Of a stretch of DNA of 64,000 bases, positions 9,458 through 18,860 are shown piece by piece; within the stretch, counting starts at the first letter, position 1; every line of letters starts with the position of its first letter. Under the pieces are notes generated by a model, which saw only the letters and a list, made by a program, of their open reading frames with translations, was not told the DNA's origin and ran no database searches. The translations under genes were made by a program, and so were the position numbers. The stretch is from Thermoplasmatota archaeon (GTDB lineage Archaea > Thermoplasmatota > Thermoplasmata > UBA10834), in contig JBFMHR010000001.1 in assembly GCA_040751795.1 (NCBI GenBank), forward strand, positions 424,722 to 488,721, in the 5' to 3' direction.

Positions 9458-10369
9458 TCAGCCCCCCGGCGGCGCCCTGTTGCACCCTGGGCAGGACCAT
9501 CCCGCCGCCGTGAATATGAGCGTCGAGCCGCAGCTGGGGCATGTGCGCTTGGACAGGGTGTCGGTGCTGTGCACGTCCGTCGGGCGAACCTGGGTCTGGG
9601 CGCCCATCTGGACGTTGGGGAACTGGATCGGGTCGAACTGCATGGGCATCCTGGCGACCTCGGGCAGAGGCCTGGTGACCCCGCCCCTCTGGTCCGCCAT
9701 GGAGCTCAGACGGTGGTCCACGACCACGGACTGCGACGGTGCGTACGGCGTGCCTAGGACGGTCTGGTTCCTTGGCAGTATGGACCCGCCCATGTCCCTC
9801 GGCGGGGGCAGGAGCGAGACCGCGAAGCCGACCAGGAAGCCGCCGATCGCAGCGGCGCCGGCGATCCCCGCGATGCCGGGGACGCCGAACGTCGAGGTGC
9901 CGCCGCCGGTCTTGATGACGTCCATCTCCCAGCTGTTCGTCACATATGAGATGTCGACGTAGCTGCCGCTTCCGAAGATCCTGTTGCCGTCCAGGGTCAC
10001 GGGCAGGTTGTAGACGCCGCCGTAGTTGTCGTAGATGGTGATGGTGATTGATGTCCCGGAGATCCCCCAGTCGAGGTCGACCGTCTGCGAGTCACCAATG
10101 ACATCCGCCGGGTTTATCCAGCCGTCCATGTGGACGACCACGTCGGTGCACTGCAGCCAGAGGTAGCCGCTGCCGTCGGGGTTGAGCGTGAGCTCGGCGT
10201 CGTAGGTGAAGTCCGCGGGGTAGGTGCTGTCGAAGTAGCCCTCGTCGGGCACGGTCGACGTGTATACGCCGGGCGCGTCCGCGGCGACCCCTTCGGAAAG
10301 GGCCACGAGCGAGAGGATGGAGAACACGGTCGCCGAGAGCACGAGACCAAGGCACCTATTCTTAGACAT
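9458..10369 (-). CDS. Single-pass membrane protein with C-terminal zinc ribbon
   Basis: Signal peptide, acidic ectodomain, TM (GIAGIAGAAAIGGFLVGFAVSLL), C-terminal CPSCG...CPGC; GGAGGT SD. Confidence 0.8.
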   Translation of the reverse strand: MSKNRCLGLVLSATVFSILSLVALSEGVAADAPGVYTSTVPDEGYFDSTYPADFTYDAELTLNPDGSGYLWLQCTDVVVHMDGWINPADVIGDSQTVDLDWGISGTSITITIYDNYGGVYNLPVTLDGNRIFGSGSYVDISYVTNSWEMDVIKTGGGTSTFGVPGIAGIAGAAAIGGFLVGFAVSLLPPPRDMGGSILPRNQTVLGTPYAPSQSVVVDHRLSSMADQRGGVTRPLPEVARMPMQFDPIQFPNVQMGAQTQVRPTDVHSTDTLSKRTCPSCGSTLIFTAAGWSCPGCNRAPPGG

Positions 10370-10489
10370 GGAATACCTCCATGGATCTTGTCCCTTCTGG
10401 TTGGCCCGTCATAGACTCGAGGCCGTATATACGGGGTGACTCGCCCATATCAGGGGTGATAACGACTCCCGATGAAGCGGCTGGCAGGG

Positions 10490-11623
10490 TCAGTTCCCCG
10501 TCCACACCGGTGCGGTCCACGCCGTGAGCCCTTCGACGATTCCGTTCAGCGGCGAGGCGGTCGTCACGCGCACGAAGAAGTACCTCGGCGCGCCCTCCCC
10601 GCTCAGCTCTATCTCCATGTCGGAGAAGCTGTTGCCGTCCGGCTCGCAGCTCCAGACCGTCACGTTGTGGTCCGACACTATCTCGATGAGCGTGATATCG
10701 TCGCCCAGGACGTCGGGGTCGGACACCTGCAGGGACGCCGTGTAGCCCGCAGCGCCCGGGTCGGTCAGGTTCGAGCCCATGACCGCGCCGTCCACCTCGA
10801 ACCGTATCTCGAGGTTCGAGTCCAGGGTCGCATAGCCCCTCCCGGCCCTCATCGCGTCGTAGAGGTCGTCGCGCGTGAGGCTCGGCGCCAGCAGGACGGT
10901 CCTGATCCCCAGCGTGGATATCCAGGTCCCGTAGTGGTCGTCCTCGGTCGCTGTGGGCATCATGTGCCATCCCGCATCGAGCGCTTTGACGTAGCTCTCG
11001 TCGCGGTAGCCCCAGTTGTAGCACTCGAGCATGCCCATGCCCGCGTCCCTCTCCTCGGTGCAGAAGTCGAACTGGAAGTAGTCCCAGGCCACGGGGCACC
11101 CGTACGACAGGGGGTGGTTCCACTGGCCGATGGCGCCCGGTTCCTGGGCGATCCAGTCGTAGAGCCACGGGAGGAAGGACCCGCCTGTCATCCTCGTGCC
11201 CTCGTAGTAGGCGTTGGGGGCGAGGCCCGGCGGCGGGGCCATCGTCCTCGTGCCGTAGATGTTGAGCTCGTTGATCCCGGTCAGGTAGTACTCGTAGCCC
11301 GCCATGGCGACGAACTCCCCGTCGATGTTGTTCCCGTCCGCGGACTCCAGTAGCGCCTCCCACTCGGCGTCGTTGAGCTGGAAGTAGTGGTCCGTGACGG
11401 CGAGGAAGTCGGCCCTCTCGCGCGCGTACGCGTACGCGTCGTCCGGGAGGGCGGTGCCGTCCGAGTACGACGTGTGCGAGTGCAGGTCGCCGAAGTAGAG
11501 GTTGTAGACGACCTCGTCCGTCCGCGCCTCGTCCCCGATGACTGCTCCGCAGAAGAGGCAGGGCCCCACCATGGCGATCACGACTGCAAGCGAGAAGGCT
11601 GAGTATCCCTTCCTGAGCATCAT
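10490..11623 (-). CDS. Secreted PHP-family (CehA/McbA-like) metallohydrolase, copy 1
   Basis: GDLHSHTSYSDG, AVTDH, GYEY, QWNHP, EDDH; signal peptide. Confidence 0.85.
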   Translation of the reverse strand: MMLRKGYSAFSLAVVIAMVGPCLFCGAVIGDEARTDEVVYNLYFGDLHSHTSYSDGTALPDDAYAYARERADFLAVTDHYFQLNDAEWEALLESADGNNIDGEFVAMAGYEYYLTGINELNIYGTRTMAPPPGLAPNAYYEGTRMTGGSFLPWLYDWIAQEPGAIGQWNHPLSYGCPVAWDYFQFDFCTEERDAGMGMLECYNWGYRDESYVKALDAGWHMMPTATEDDHYGTWISTLGIRTVLLAPSLTRDDLYDAMRAGRGYATLDSNLEIRFEVDGAVMGSNLTDPGAAGYTASLQVSDPDVLGDDITLIEIVSDHNVTVWSCEPDGNSFSDMEIELSGEGAPRYFFVRVTTASPLNGIVEGLTAWTAPVWTGN

Positions 11624-11705
11624 GCCCTTTCGTCCCCCCGATTACGCCCGGAGGGGTATCCCTGACAGCTCTATTTATGGATACTGACTCCCCCTCCTCA
11701 GGGGG

Positions 11706-12353
11706 TCACGCGCGCTTCCGACGCCTCCAGAACCCGAGGCCGCTGTCCACAGTGTAAGGGGGCGTGTCGTTGTCGGTCCTGAGCTCGTCCTTCGCCGCGA
11801 CCTTCGCCCTCCCCGGACCCATCGGTCCGTCCCCCTGGCCTCGGGCCCCGCCGGGCCACCCGCGGGGCGGCTCGCCGAACTGGATCTCCAGGCAGCCGCC
11901 GGCGCAGTCGGACAGGCCCAGCGCCGAGATGTCATCGTCGCTCAGCTCGACCTCGAAGGACCTGATGTCCGGCGACATGCGGACGATCATCGGACGGGTC
12001 CGGCTCCCGCACCTGACGACGACCTCCTTCCCCGGGCGGGCGTTCACCTTCTCCATCATGAAGGGCGAGACGCCGACGACGCCCTTCGGGATCGCGCCCG
12101 ACGCGACGACGTCGGCCGTCCTGAAGGACCAGAAGTCCGCGGCGTTCCCGAAGGCACCCTCCGTGACGTGCGTGTTCGACTGCACCATGGCGCCCCCGAT
12201 GGCGGCGCGCGAGCGCAGTTCCTGCACGAGCCCCTCCGCCGCCTCCCGGCCGCCCCACTCCCGCCTGTGGGCCGTGTCGCCCTGCCCGTCGCGCACGGCG
12301 ACGTCGAAGCTGTCGACCTTCCCGCGCCTCCTCCTGCCGAACAACGGGGCCAT
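11706..12353 (-). CDS. Hypothetical protein, possible CDC48-N-like double-psi beta-barrel
   Basis: Coding-like codon bias; central GVVGVSPFMMEKVNARPGKEVVV...ELSDDDISALGL pattern. Confidence 0.6.
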   Translation of the reverse strand: MAPLFGRRRRGKVDSFDVAVRDGQGDTAHRREWGGREAAEGLVQELRSRAAIGGAMVQSNTHVTEGAFGNAADFWSFRTADVVASGAIPKGVVGVSPFMMEKVNARPGKEVVVRCGSRTRPMIVRMSPDIRSFEVELSDDDISALGLSDCAGGCLEIQFGEPPRGWPGGARGQGDGPMGPGRAKVAAKDELRTDNDTPPYTVDSGLGFWRRRKRA

Positions 12354-12503
12354 CCCCTGACCATCCTCCCCGGGGACAGATATCGCTGCCCCGACATAAG
12401 ACGCTGCCTAGAGGACGCGCGGCGGAAGCCTGGGGGCCACGGACACGCTTAAGCCGCGGCACGCGCCTTCCGGTCTCGTGGGTGGTCGGGCCTGAGGGGA
12501 GGC

Positions 12504-12737
12504 GTGGACAGCGACACGGCAGACCTGCTGAGGGGCGCGCGGGCGGACGCGAGGGAGTCGTTCTACCGTCCGTCGGGCGTGAGGACCTGCGTCATCGCCC
12601 TGCTGGCGGCGCTGTCCATGGCCGTCTCGGTCGTGGGGCTGCTCGCGGAGGACCCGCTGAGGCTCGTGCTGGTCCTCGGCGGGGCCTTCGGGATGGTGAC
12701 GGCCGCGGCCTGGTTCACCTGGCGCAGCGCGGTGTGA
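12504..12737 (+). CDS. Small 2-TM membrane protein
   Basis: GTG start after GAGGGGAGG; two hydrophobic helices; 18 bp before the next gene. Confidence 0.6.
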   Translation: MDSDTADLLRGARADARESFYRPSGVRTCVIALLAALSMAVSVVGLLAEDPLRLVLVLGGAFGMVTAAAWFTWRSAV

Positions 12738-12755
12738 CACGGGAGGGGGGTCGAC

Positions 12756-13262
12756 ATGAAGTGCGGATTCTGCGGGGCCGAGAACCCCGACGGTGCGAGG
12801 AACTGCTCGGTGTGCCAGATGGGCATGGGATACACCGCCAAGAGCCCTCAGGAGTCGTTCAGGCGCAAGCCGGAGTTCCACCCGCGCTCAACGCGCATGG
12901 TCCCCGACTCCAGGACCATGCTGCCCGTCGGGGCGGGCGGGATACTCATACTGAACGCGGTCTTCGCCCTCAGCGGCCTCATGGTCGGGAACGTGGCCGT
13001 CCTGGACGAACACCCGGAACTCTCGGAGCAGCTCCTGGTCGCCGACCTCATTTTCGGCGGGCTGGCTGTGCTGGTTCTCCTGGCCGGGGCGCTGGTCATC
13101 ATGAGGAGGGCGTGGGGGCTCGGGGTCGTCGCCTCGATCGTCTCGTTCTTCATGGCGCTGATGTTCGGCCTGTTCTGCGGGATCACCCAGGCCTTCGTCG
13201 CGGTCGCGGCGATGGTCCTGCTGTTCCTCTCGAGGGACGAGTTCCGCAGGCAGAGGGCCTAG
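12756..13262 (+). CDS. Zinc-ribbon membrane protein
   Basis: MKCGFCGAENPDGARNCSVC followed by about 4 TM helices ending SRDEF. Confidence 0.82.
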   Translation: MKCGFCGAENPDGARNCSVCQMGMGYTAKSPQESFRRKPEFHPRSTRMVPDSRTMLPVGAGGILILNAVFALSGLMVGNVAVLDEHPELSEQLLVADLIFGGLAVLVLLAGALVIMRRAWGLGVVASIVSFFMALMFGLFCGITQAFVAVAAMVLLFLSRDEFRRQRA

Positions 13263-13361
13263 AGGGCTGAAGTCGCCTGCCACCCTTAAGTAAGCCCGGG
13301 ACAATCCAGGGGCGTCCAGGAGTGGCCCATGAGCCCTCTCCGGGACCGACAGGTGGGGAAC

Positions 13362-14570
13362 ATGAAGGCAGTCATAGTGGGAGTGGGAGCGGTGGGCTCG
13401 GTGGTCGCCGACCTCCTTACGAGGTCGGAGGAGTACGACGAGGTCGTCGTCGGGGACATAGACCTCGAGAGGGCCAAGGCCATGGAGAGGCGGCTGTCGA
13501 GCGACAAGGCCTCCGCGGCGAGGATAGACGCGTCGGACACCGAGGGCATGGCCAGGGCGTTCAAGGGGGCGGACCTCGTCGTCAACGGCGTCATACCGAA
13601 GTTCAACTTCAACATCATGGACGCGTGCCTCGCGGCGAAGGCGAACTACGCCGACATGGCGAGCGACATATTCCTCTCGAAGGAGAGGCCGGGGGAGGTC
13701 GTCAAGGAGCCGCCGATCCAGTGGGAGATAGCGAAGTACACGGCGGCGTACGAGAAGGCGGGCATCATTGGCATGCTCGGCCTCGGCTGCGAGCCCGGGA
13801 TCGCCAACGTCTTCGCGCGCCTGGCCGCGGACAAGATGGACACGGTCAAGGACATACTCATCAGGGACGGCGACACCGGCCAGATAGAGGGGTACGAGTT
13901 CGCGCCGCTCTGGTCGCCCCAGACGCTCATAGAGGAGGTCCTCATGCCCGCGATGGTCTACAAGGACGGGGCGTACAGGAAGGTCAAGCCCTTCAGCGGG
14001 AAGGAGCAGTTCGAGTTCCCGTCGCCCGTCGGGACCCTCCCGATCTACAACGTCGACCACGAGGAGCAGGAGACCCTCCCGACGTACATCGGGGAGGTCC
14101 TCGGCAAGGGGTGCGAGTACTGCGACTTCAAGCTCGCCCTCGGGGACGAGTACGTGGAGACCATACGGACGGTCGGCAGGCTGGGGATGCACAGCTCCGA
14201 GAAGATCGACGTCAAGGGGGCCAAGGTGGCGCCGATAGACGTCGTCTCGGCCTGCATACCCGACCCGGCCGCGATCGGGGACAGGGCGACCGGGGAGTTC
14301 ACCGCTGTGAACGTGACCACCGGCACCAAGGACGGCAAGGACGTCGGGTACAGGATCCACACATACATGAACCACAAGGACTGCTGGAACACGCATGGCC
14401 ACAGCGCGACCGCGTACACCGTCGGGGCGCCGATGGCGATAGGTGCCATCCTGATGGCCCGCGGGCAGATATCCCAGAAGGGCGTGTTCCCACCGGAGAT
14501 GCTCGACGCCAAGCCGATCGTCGACATGCTCCCCGAGTTCGGCATGAACTGCATCGTCACGAAGCTCTGA
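13362..14570 (+). CDS. Saccharopine dehydrogenase-family oxidoreductase (lysine 6-DH or carboxynorspermidine DH-like)
   Basis: Rossmann GVGAVG, NYADMA, GLGCEPGIANVFA, WSPQTLIEE, DHEE, GVFPPEMLD. Confidence 0.87.
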   Translation: MKAVIVGVGAVGSVVADLLTRSEEYDEVVVGDIDLERAKAMERRLSSDKASAARIDASDTEGMARAFKGADLVVNGVIPKFNFNIMDACLAAKANYADMASDIFLSKERPGEVVKEPPIQWEIAKYTAAYEKAGIIGMLGLGCEPGIANVFARLAADKMDTVKDILIRDGDTGQIEGYEFAPLWSPQTLIEEVLMPAMVYKDGAYRKVKPFSGKEQFEFPSPVGTLPIYNVDHEEQETLPTYIGEVLGKGCEYCDFKLALGDEYVETIRTVGRLGMHSSEKIDVKGAKVAPIDVVSACIPDPAAIGDRATGEFTAVNVTTGTKDGKDVGYRIHTYMNHKDCWNTHGHSATAYTVGAPMAIGAILMARGQISQKGVFPPEMLDAKPIVDMLPEFGMNCIVTKL

Positions 14571-14653
14571 GCGGGTCCGCGCCGAACATGTCTGCCGCGA
14601 ACTGCTAATATTGCGGAGACCCCTGCACCACGTCGGTTCAGGAGGAGTTCGGA

Positions 14654-16171
14654 ATGGCCGCAGCAAAGGGACGGAGGAAGGGCCTCACCACAGCCTTCGG
14701 GAGGCCCGTGGGAGACGACCAGAACAGCGAGACCGCGGGCCCCAGGGGCCCGGTGCTCGTGCAGGACACGCACCTGCTCGAGAAGCTGGGGCACTTCGAC
14801 CGCGAGCGCATACCCGAGCGCGTCGTGCACGCGAAGGGCGCGGGCGCGCACGGGTACTTCGAGGTCACGGCGGACGTGACGAGGTACACGAAGGCGAAGT
14901 TCCTCTCGAAGGTCGGCAAGAGGACCGACGTGTTCGTGAGGTTCTCCACCGTCGGCGGTGAGAGGGGCTCCGCGGACGCGGAACGGGACCCGAGGGGTTT
15001 CGCCGTCAAGTTCTACACCGAGGAGGGCAACTACGACCTCGTCGGGAACAACACCCCCGTGTTCTTCATCAGGGACCCGCTCAAGTTCCCCGACTTCATA
15101 CACACTCAGAAGCGCAACCCGAGGACCAACCTCAAGGACCCCGACATGTTCTGGGACTTCCTGTCCCTGACGCCCGAGTCGGTCCACCAGGTCACCATCC
15201 TCTTCTCCGACAGGGGCACCCCCGCGACCTTCAGGAACATGAACGGCTACAGCAGCCACACCTACCTGTGGTACAACGGGAAGGGGGAGCGGTTCTGGGT
15301 GCAGTACCACCTCAAGACGGACCAGGGGATCAGGAACCTCACGAGGCAGGAGGCGGACGCCATGAGGTCGAAGGACCCCGACCACGCGACGAGGGACCTG
15401 CACGACGCCATCGAGCGGGGGGATCATCCATCGTGGACCCTCGAGATGCAGATAATGCCGGCCGACGAGGCCGAGGACTACAGGTGGGACGTGCTCGACA
15501 TCACCAAGGTGTGGCCCCACGGCGACTACCCGACCATGAAGGTCGGGAAGCTGGTCCTGAACAGGAACCCGGTGAACTACTTCGCCGAGGTGGAGCAGGC
15601 CGCGTTCGCGCCCAGCAACCTCGTCCCCGGGATAGCGCCGTCGCCCGACAAGCTGCTGCAGGGGAGGCTCTTCTCGTACCACGACACGCACCTGCACAGG
15701 CTGGGCCCGAACTACCACCTCATCCCCGTGAACGCGCCGAAGAACGCGCCGGAGGCGAGCTACCAGAGGGACGGCCCGATGAGGGTCGACTCCGGGGGAG
15801 GTCCGGGCCCGAACTACTGGCCCAACAGCATGGGCGGACCCGGGCCTGACGCGGCCGCCATGGACCCTGCCTCCGACCTGTCGGGGAAAGCGGCCAGGCA
15901 GCCCTACTCCCACCCCAACGACGACTTCGTCCAGCCTGGGGCGCTGTACAGGAAGGTCATGACGGAGACCGACAGGGAGCACCTGGTGGGGAACATCGTC
16001 GCCCACCTGGGCGGCGCGCAGAAGCGCATCCAGCTGAGGCAGGCGGCCCTGTTCTTCAAGGTGGACCCGGACTACGGCCGCAGGGTGGCAAAGGGGCTAG
16101 GCCTCAGCGTCAAGGAGGTCGAGGGGCTCGCGAAGATGTCGCAGGAGGACCGCGTCAAGGCGACGAGCTGA
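14654..16171 (+). CDS. katA: Monofunctional heme catalase (small subunit)
   Basis: [17 protein letters not shown] active-site signature, [20 protein letters not shown] proximal ligand. Confidence 0.97.
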   Translation: MAAAKGRRKGLTTAFGRPVGDDQNSETAGPRGPVLVQDTHLLEKLGHFDRERIPERVVHAKGAGAHGYFEVTADVTRYTKAKFLSKVGKRTDVFVRFSTVGGERGSADAERDPRGFAVKFYTEEGNYDLVGNNTPVFFIRDPLKFPDFIHTQKRNPRTNLKDPDMFWDFLSLTPESVHQVTILFSDRGTPATFRNMNGYSSHTYLWYNGKGERFWVQYHLKTDQGIRNLTRQEADAMRSKDPDHATRDLHDAIERGDHPSWTLEMQIMPADEAEDYRWDVLDITKVWPHGDYPTMKVGKLVLNRNPVNYFAEVEQAAFAPSNLVPGIAPSPDKLLQGRLFSYHDTHLHRLGPNYHLIPVNAPKNAPEASYQRDGPMRVDSGGGPGPNYWPNSMGGPGPDAAAMDPASDLSGKAARQPYSHPNDDFVQPGALYRKVMTETDREHLVGNIVAHLGGAQKRIQLRQAALFFKVDPDYGRRVAKGLGLSVKEVEGLAKMSQEDRVKATS

Positions 16172-16210
16172 CGCTGCGCGACCGCCCGGCCCTCAGGGAC
16201 CTCGCCCGCT

Positions 16211-17734
16211 CTACGACGACAGTCCGAGTATGAACCCGTACGCCTCCAGCCCGAGGGCCGTGTCGGAGTCGAACAGCGCGGAGACGGCTCCTTCCATGTC
16301 TCCGGACGCGAGCGCATCCTCGGCCAAGTCCTCCGCCTCCGCATTCGCCTCGAAGGCCCCGGCCTCCCACCCGCCCAGCACCGGCGCGAGCTCTATCCAT
16401 GCGGCGAAGGTGCCCTCCCTGAGCAGGCTCGCGGCCTTCCACACGGTGCCGTCGGCGTAGGCCGAGAGCGCATCCGCGAGCTCCTCTGGCCGCTGCATCA
16501 GCCCGTTGTGCAGCGGGAAGTAGGGCGTGTAGCCCGGACAGTTGATTGAAGTCCACATGACGGACATGGTCTCCGGGTGCACGGGGTCTATCTCGAAGAC
16601 GCCCGCCGCCACCGTCCTTATGTTGCAGATCGAGAAGCCGGGCCACCCGAAGCCCCATGTGCCCCACGGCATCTCGGGGTGGGCGTCTATGACCTCCTGC
16701 GGCTGCGAGCATCCCCAGTCGTCCACGTCCCTGGTGAAGGTGGTGAGCTCCTGCGCGCTGACGACGTCCCCGCTGCCGTGAAGCAGCTCGTAGGCCCGGT
16801 CCATCCTCGAGACCGATGGCACCCAGAAGTACCCGAAGTCGTCGTTCACGACCCAGTCGAAGAACGGGTCGAGGATGTAGTGGTTCGTGTGCACCGCGAC
16901 GCCGTCTGTGATCCTCGCCCACGTGGTGTCCTCGCCGTCGCCGAAGGAGTAGCATGACGACACGGCCTCTATGAACGCGGCCTCGTCCCTGTCCGCGACC
17001 ATCACGCTCGTGCCTCCGTACTTGTCGACGGCGCTAACGAGTTCGATGGACTCGTCCACGTCCGCGCACATCTCGAGCACGTGCCTGTTGAGCGGGTTCT
17101 CGTCCCAGCCGCCCTCGAAGTACTCCGGCACCGGCACCCAGTTGTTGCCGTCCGCGAGTCCTTCATCGTTGATGCCGAACGATATCCCCCAGTCGCCCGC
17201 TCCCGCGACGGCGATGAAGCCGTGCTTGCCGTCGATCGGCTCCACGATGAGCAGGACGTTGGGCGCGTTGGCGTCCCTGGTCTTGGACGCCAGGGTGTTC
17301 CCGCTCTCCGAGCCGGAGCCCACCGCGACGACGATCGTGCAGCCGTCGTGCGACCTGACGGACGAGCCGAACATGTTCATGGCCATGAGCTCGCCGAAGT
17401 CCACGCCCGCGGCCTCGGCCATGGCGCGTATCTCCGTGACCATGTGCTCGGGCATCGACGGTGAGAGCTCAACGGCCCTCGCGGCCATGGCGCCCCTGTC
17501 CATGCCCTTCGACCTCGCCTCGGCCCAGAACGCTCCGAGGTTGTCCCTGATCATCGGGCCGACCGCCTCTCCGTAGGCGGTCCCCCGCTCCTCGTGCGTC
17601 CCCGAAAGGACCACGACGGGCATCCCGTCAACCGTCGGGAGGGCGTCATCGCCCTCCGCGCCGGCCGGCACGAAAACCGTCAGGCTCAACGCGATCGCAA
17701 TGCATGCAACCAGAGAAGTGACTGACCCCCTCAT
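16211..17734 (-). CDS. Secreted C45-family Ntn-hydrolase/peptidase
   Basis: Signal peptide; SGTHEERGTAYG; autocleavage site DG|CTIVV; KTRD; GINDEGLA; HTNHY. Confidence 0.8.
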   Translation of the reverse strand: MRGSVTSLVACIAIALSLTVFVPAGAEGDDALPTVDGMPVVVLSGTHEERGTAYGEAVGPMIRDNLGAFWAEARSKGMDRGAMAARAVELSPSMPEHMVTEIRAMAEAAGVDFGELMAMNMFGSSVRSHDGCTIVVAVGSGSESGNTLASKTRDANAPNVLLIVEPIDGKHGFIAVAGAGDWGISFGINDEGLADGNNWVPVPEYFEGGWDENPLNRHVLEMCADVDESIELVSAVDKYGGTSVMVADRDEAAFIEAVSSCYSFGDGEDTTWARITDGVAVHTNHYILDPFFDWVVNDDFGYFWVPSVSRMDRAYELLHGSGDVVSAQELTTFTRDVDDWGCSQPQEVIDAHPEMPWGTWGFGWPGFSICNIRTVAAGVFEIDPVHPETMSVMWTSINCPGYTPYFPLHNGLMQRPEELADALSAYADGTVWKAASLLREGTFAAWIELAPVLGGWEAGAFEANAEAEDLAEDALASGDMEGAVSALFDSDTALGLEAYGFILGLSS

Positions 17735-17816
17735 CCCGACGTCCCCCCGTCGCGGGAGGCACCGACCCGTCCGGCCGGGCCGCCCGCGCTCGGCACCCCG
17801 ACCGCGTTACAGCCTA

Positions 17817-18162
17817 GAAATCGGTTGCGGTCAGGATCTCGAGGCCACCTGTCCGCGGCGAGGGGATGGCGCTCGGACGCAGAGAAGCCCTTAAGCCGCC
17901 GGGAGCGGTTCGGAGTACGGATACGGCCATGAAGTGCGCGAACTGCGGCTCGGAGAACCCCGAGGGGAAGAAGTTCTGCGGCGACTGCGGCAAGGAGCTT
18001 GCGGAGGCCCCCGCGGCGCCCGAGGGGGACGCGGGGAGGAAGTGCAGCTCCTGCGGCCGAGCCCTCGAGATGGAGACCAACGTCTGCCCCTACTGCGGAC
18101 GATGGGTGAAACGGTCCATGTTCGGGTAATGGCAGCGCCGCAGGCCGGAAATCGGTTGCGGT
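17817..18162. repeat. 15-bp direct repeat gaaatcggttgcggt flanking the small zinc-ribbon gene
   Basis: Identical copies at 17817-17831 and 18148-18162. Confidence 0.75.
17929..18129 (+). CDS. Small double zinc-ribbon protein
   Basis: MKCANCGSENPEGKKFCGDCG...CSSCG...CPYCG (four CxxC). Confidence 0.85.
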   Translation: MKCANCGSENPEGKKFCGDCGKELAEAPAAPEGDAGRKCSSCGRALEMETNVCPYCGRWVKRSMFG

Positions 18163-18178
18163 TTGCATCGGACGGCCC

Positions 18179-18634
18179 TCAGCCGAACATCGGGTCCCTG
18201 GTGCGACTCTTGTGCGGAGCTGCCCCCGAATCCGCCGGCTGCGGACCCTGGGGCTCCCCGCTGGGGCAAGGTCCGTCCGCGCAGGGCCCTTCGGGCCCCA
18301 GCAATGCGCGCGGCCTCCCCCCGTCGGCCGAGCGCTTCCTGTTGTACCTCTCGAGCTCGTCGAGGACCTGGTCCGCGCCCCAGAATCCGAATGTCCCCCT
18401 GGCCATAGAGAGCATGTCCAGCATGCCCGCGACGTACGAGTTGCTCGCGACCTCCTCGCTGGGGGACTCCTCGATTCCCTGCCTGTTCTCGCGGATGAAG
18501 CGCCTCGTGCTCACCGCAACCGCCGCCCGCGCCCTGAGCGCGTGCTCCTCCCAGGTGTCGGACTGCCTGGCCGCCCGCGAGGATCTCCTGGCCTTCCCCT
18601 TCCTCACCCCTGCCTTGCTCCTGCCCCCTGACAT
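18179..18634 (-). CDS. Hypothetical protein
   Basis: ATG after a GGAG SD; helical core with genome-typical codons. Confidence 0.5.
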   Translation of the reverse strand: MSGGRSKAGVRKGKARRSSRAARQSDTWEEHALRARAAVAVSTRRFIRENRQGIEESPSEEVASNSYVAGMLDMLSMARGTFGFWGADQVLDELERYNRKRSADGGRPRALLGPEGPCADGPCPSGEPQGPQPADSGAAPHKSRTRDPMFG

Positions 18635-18860
18635 GCGAAGGACTCCTGCACGTGGATGATGGCATGCGGAACGAAGGGCCTTCGCGGAGACGGTATCGCA
18701 CGAGCTCCTACGATATCGGCGGAGGCCATCCATCAACGCTTGTCCTAGGCCGCCCGGGAAAGCGCGCAACCTTATTATAGCAAAGTCTCGGATTCGCGTG
18801 TCAGTACCGGGGCGATGGACGTCTTTGTCCATCGCGCGGGCACGGAATTGGGGGAAGAGA

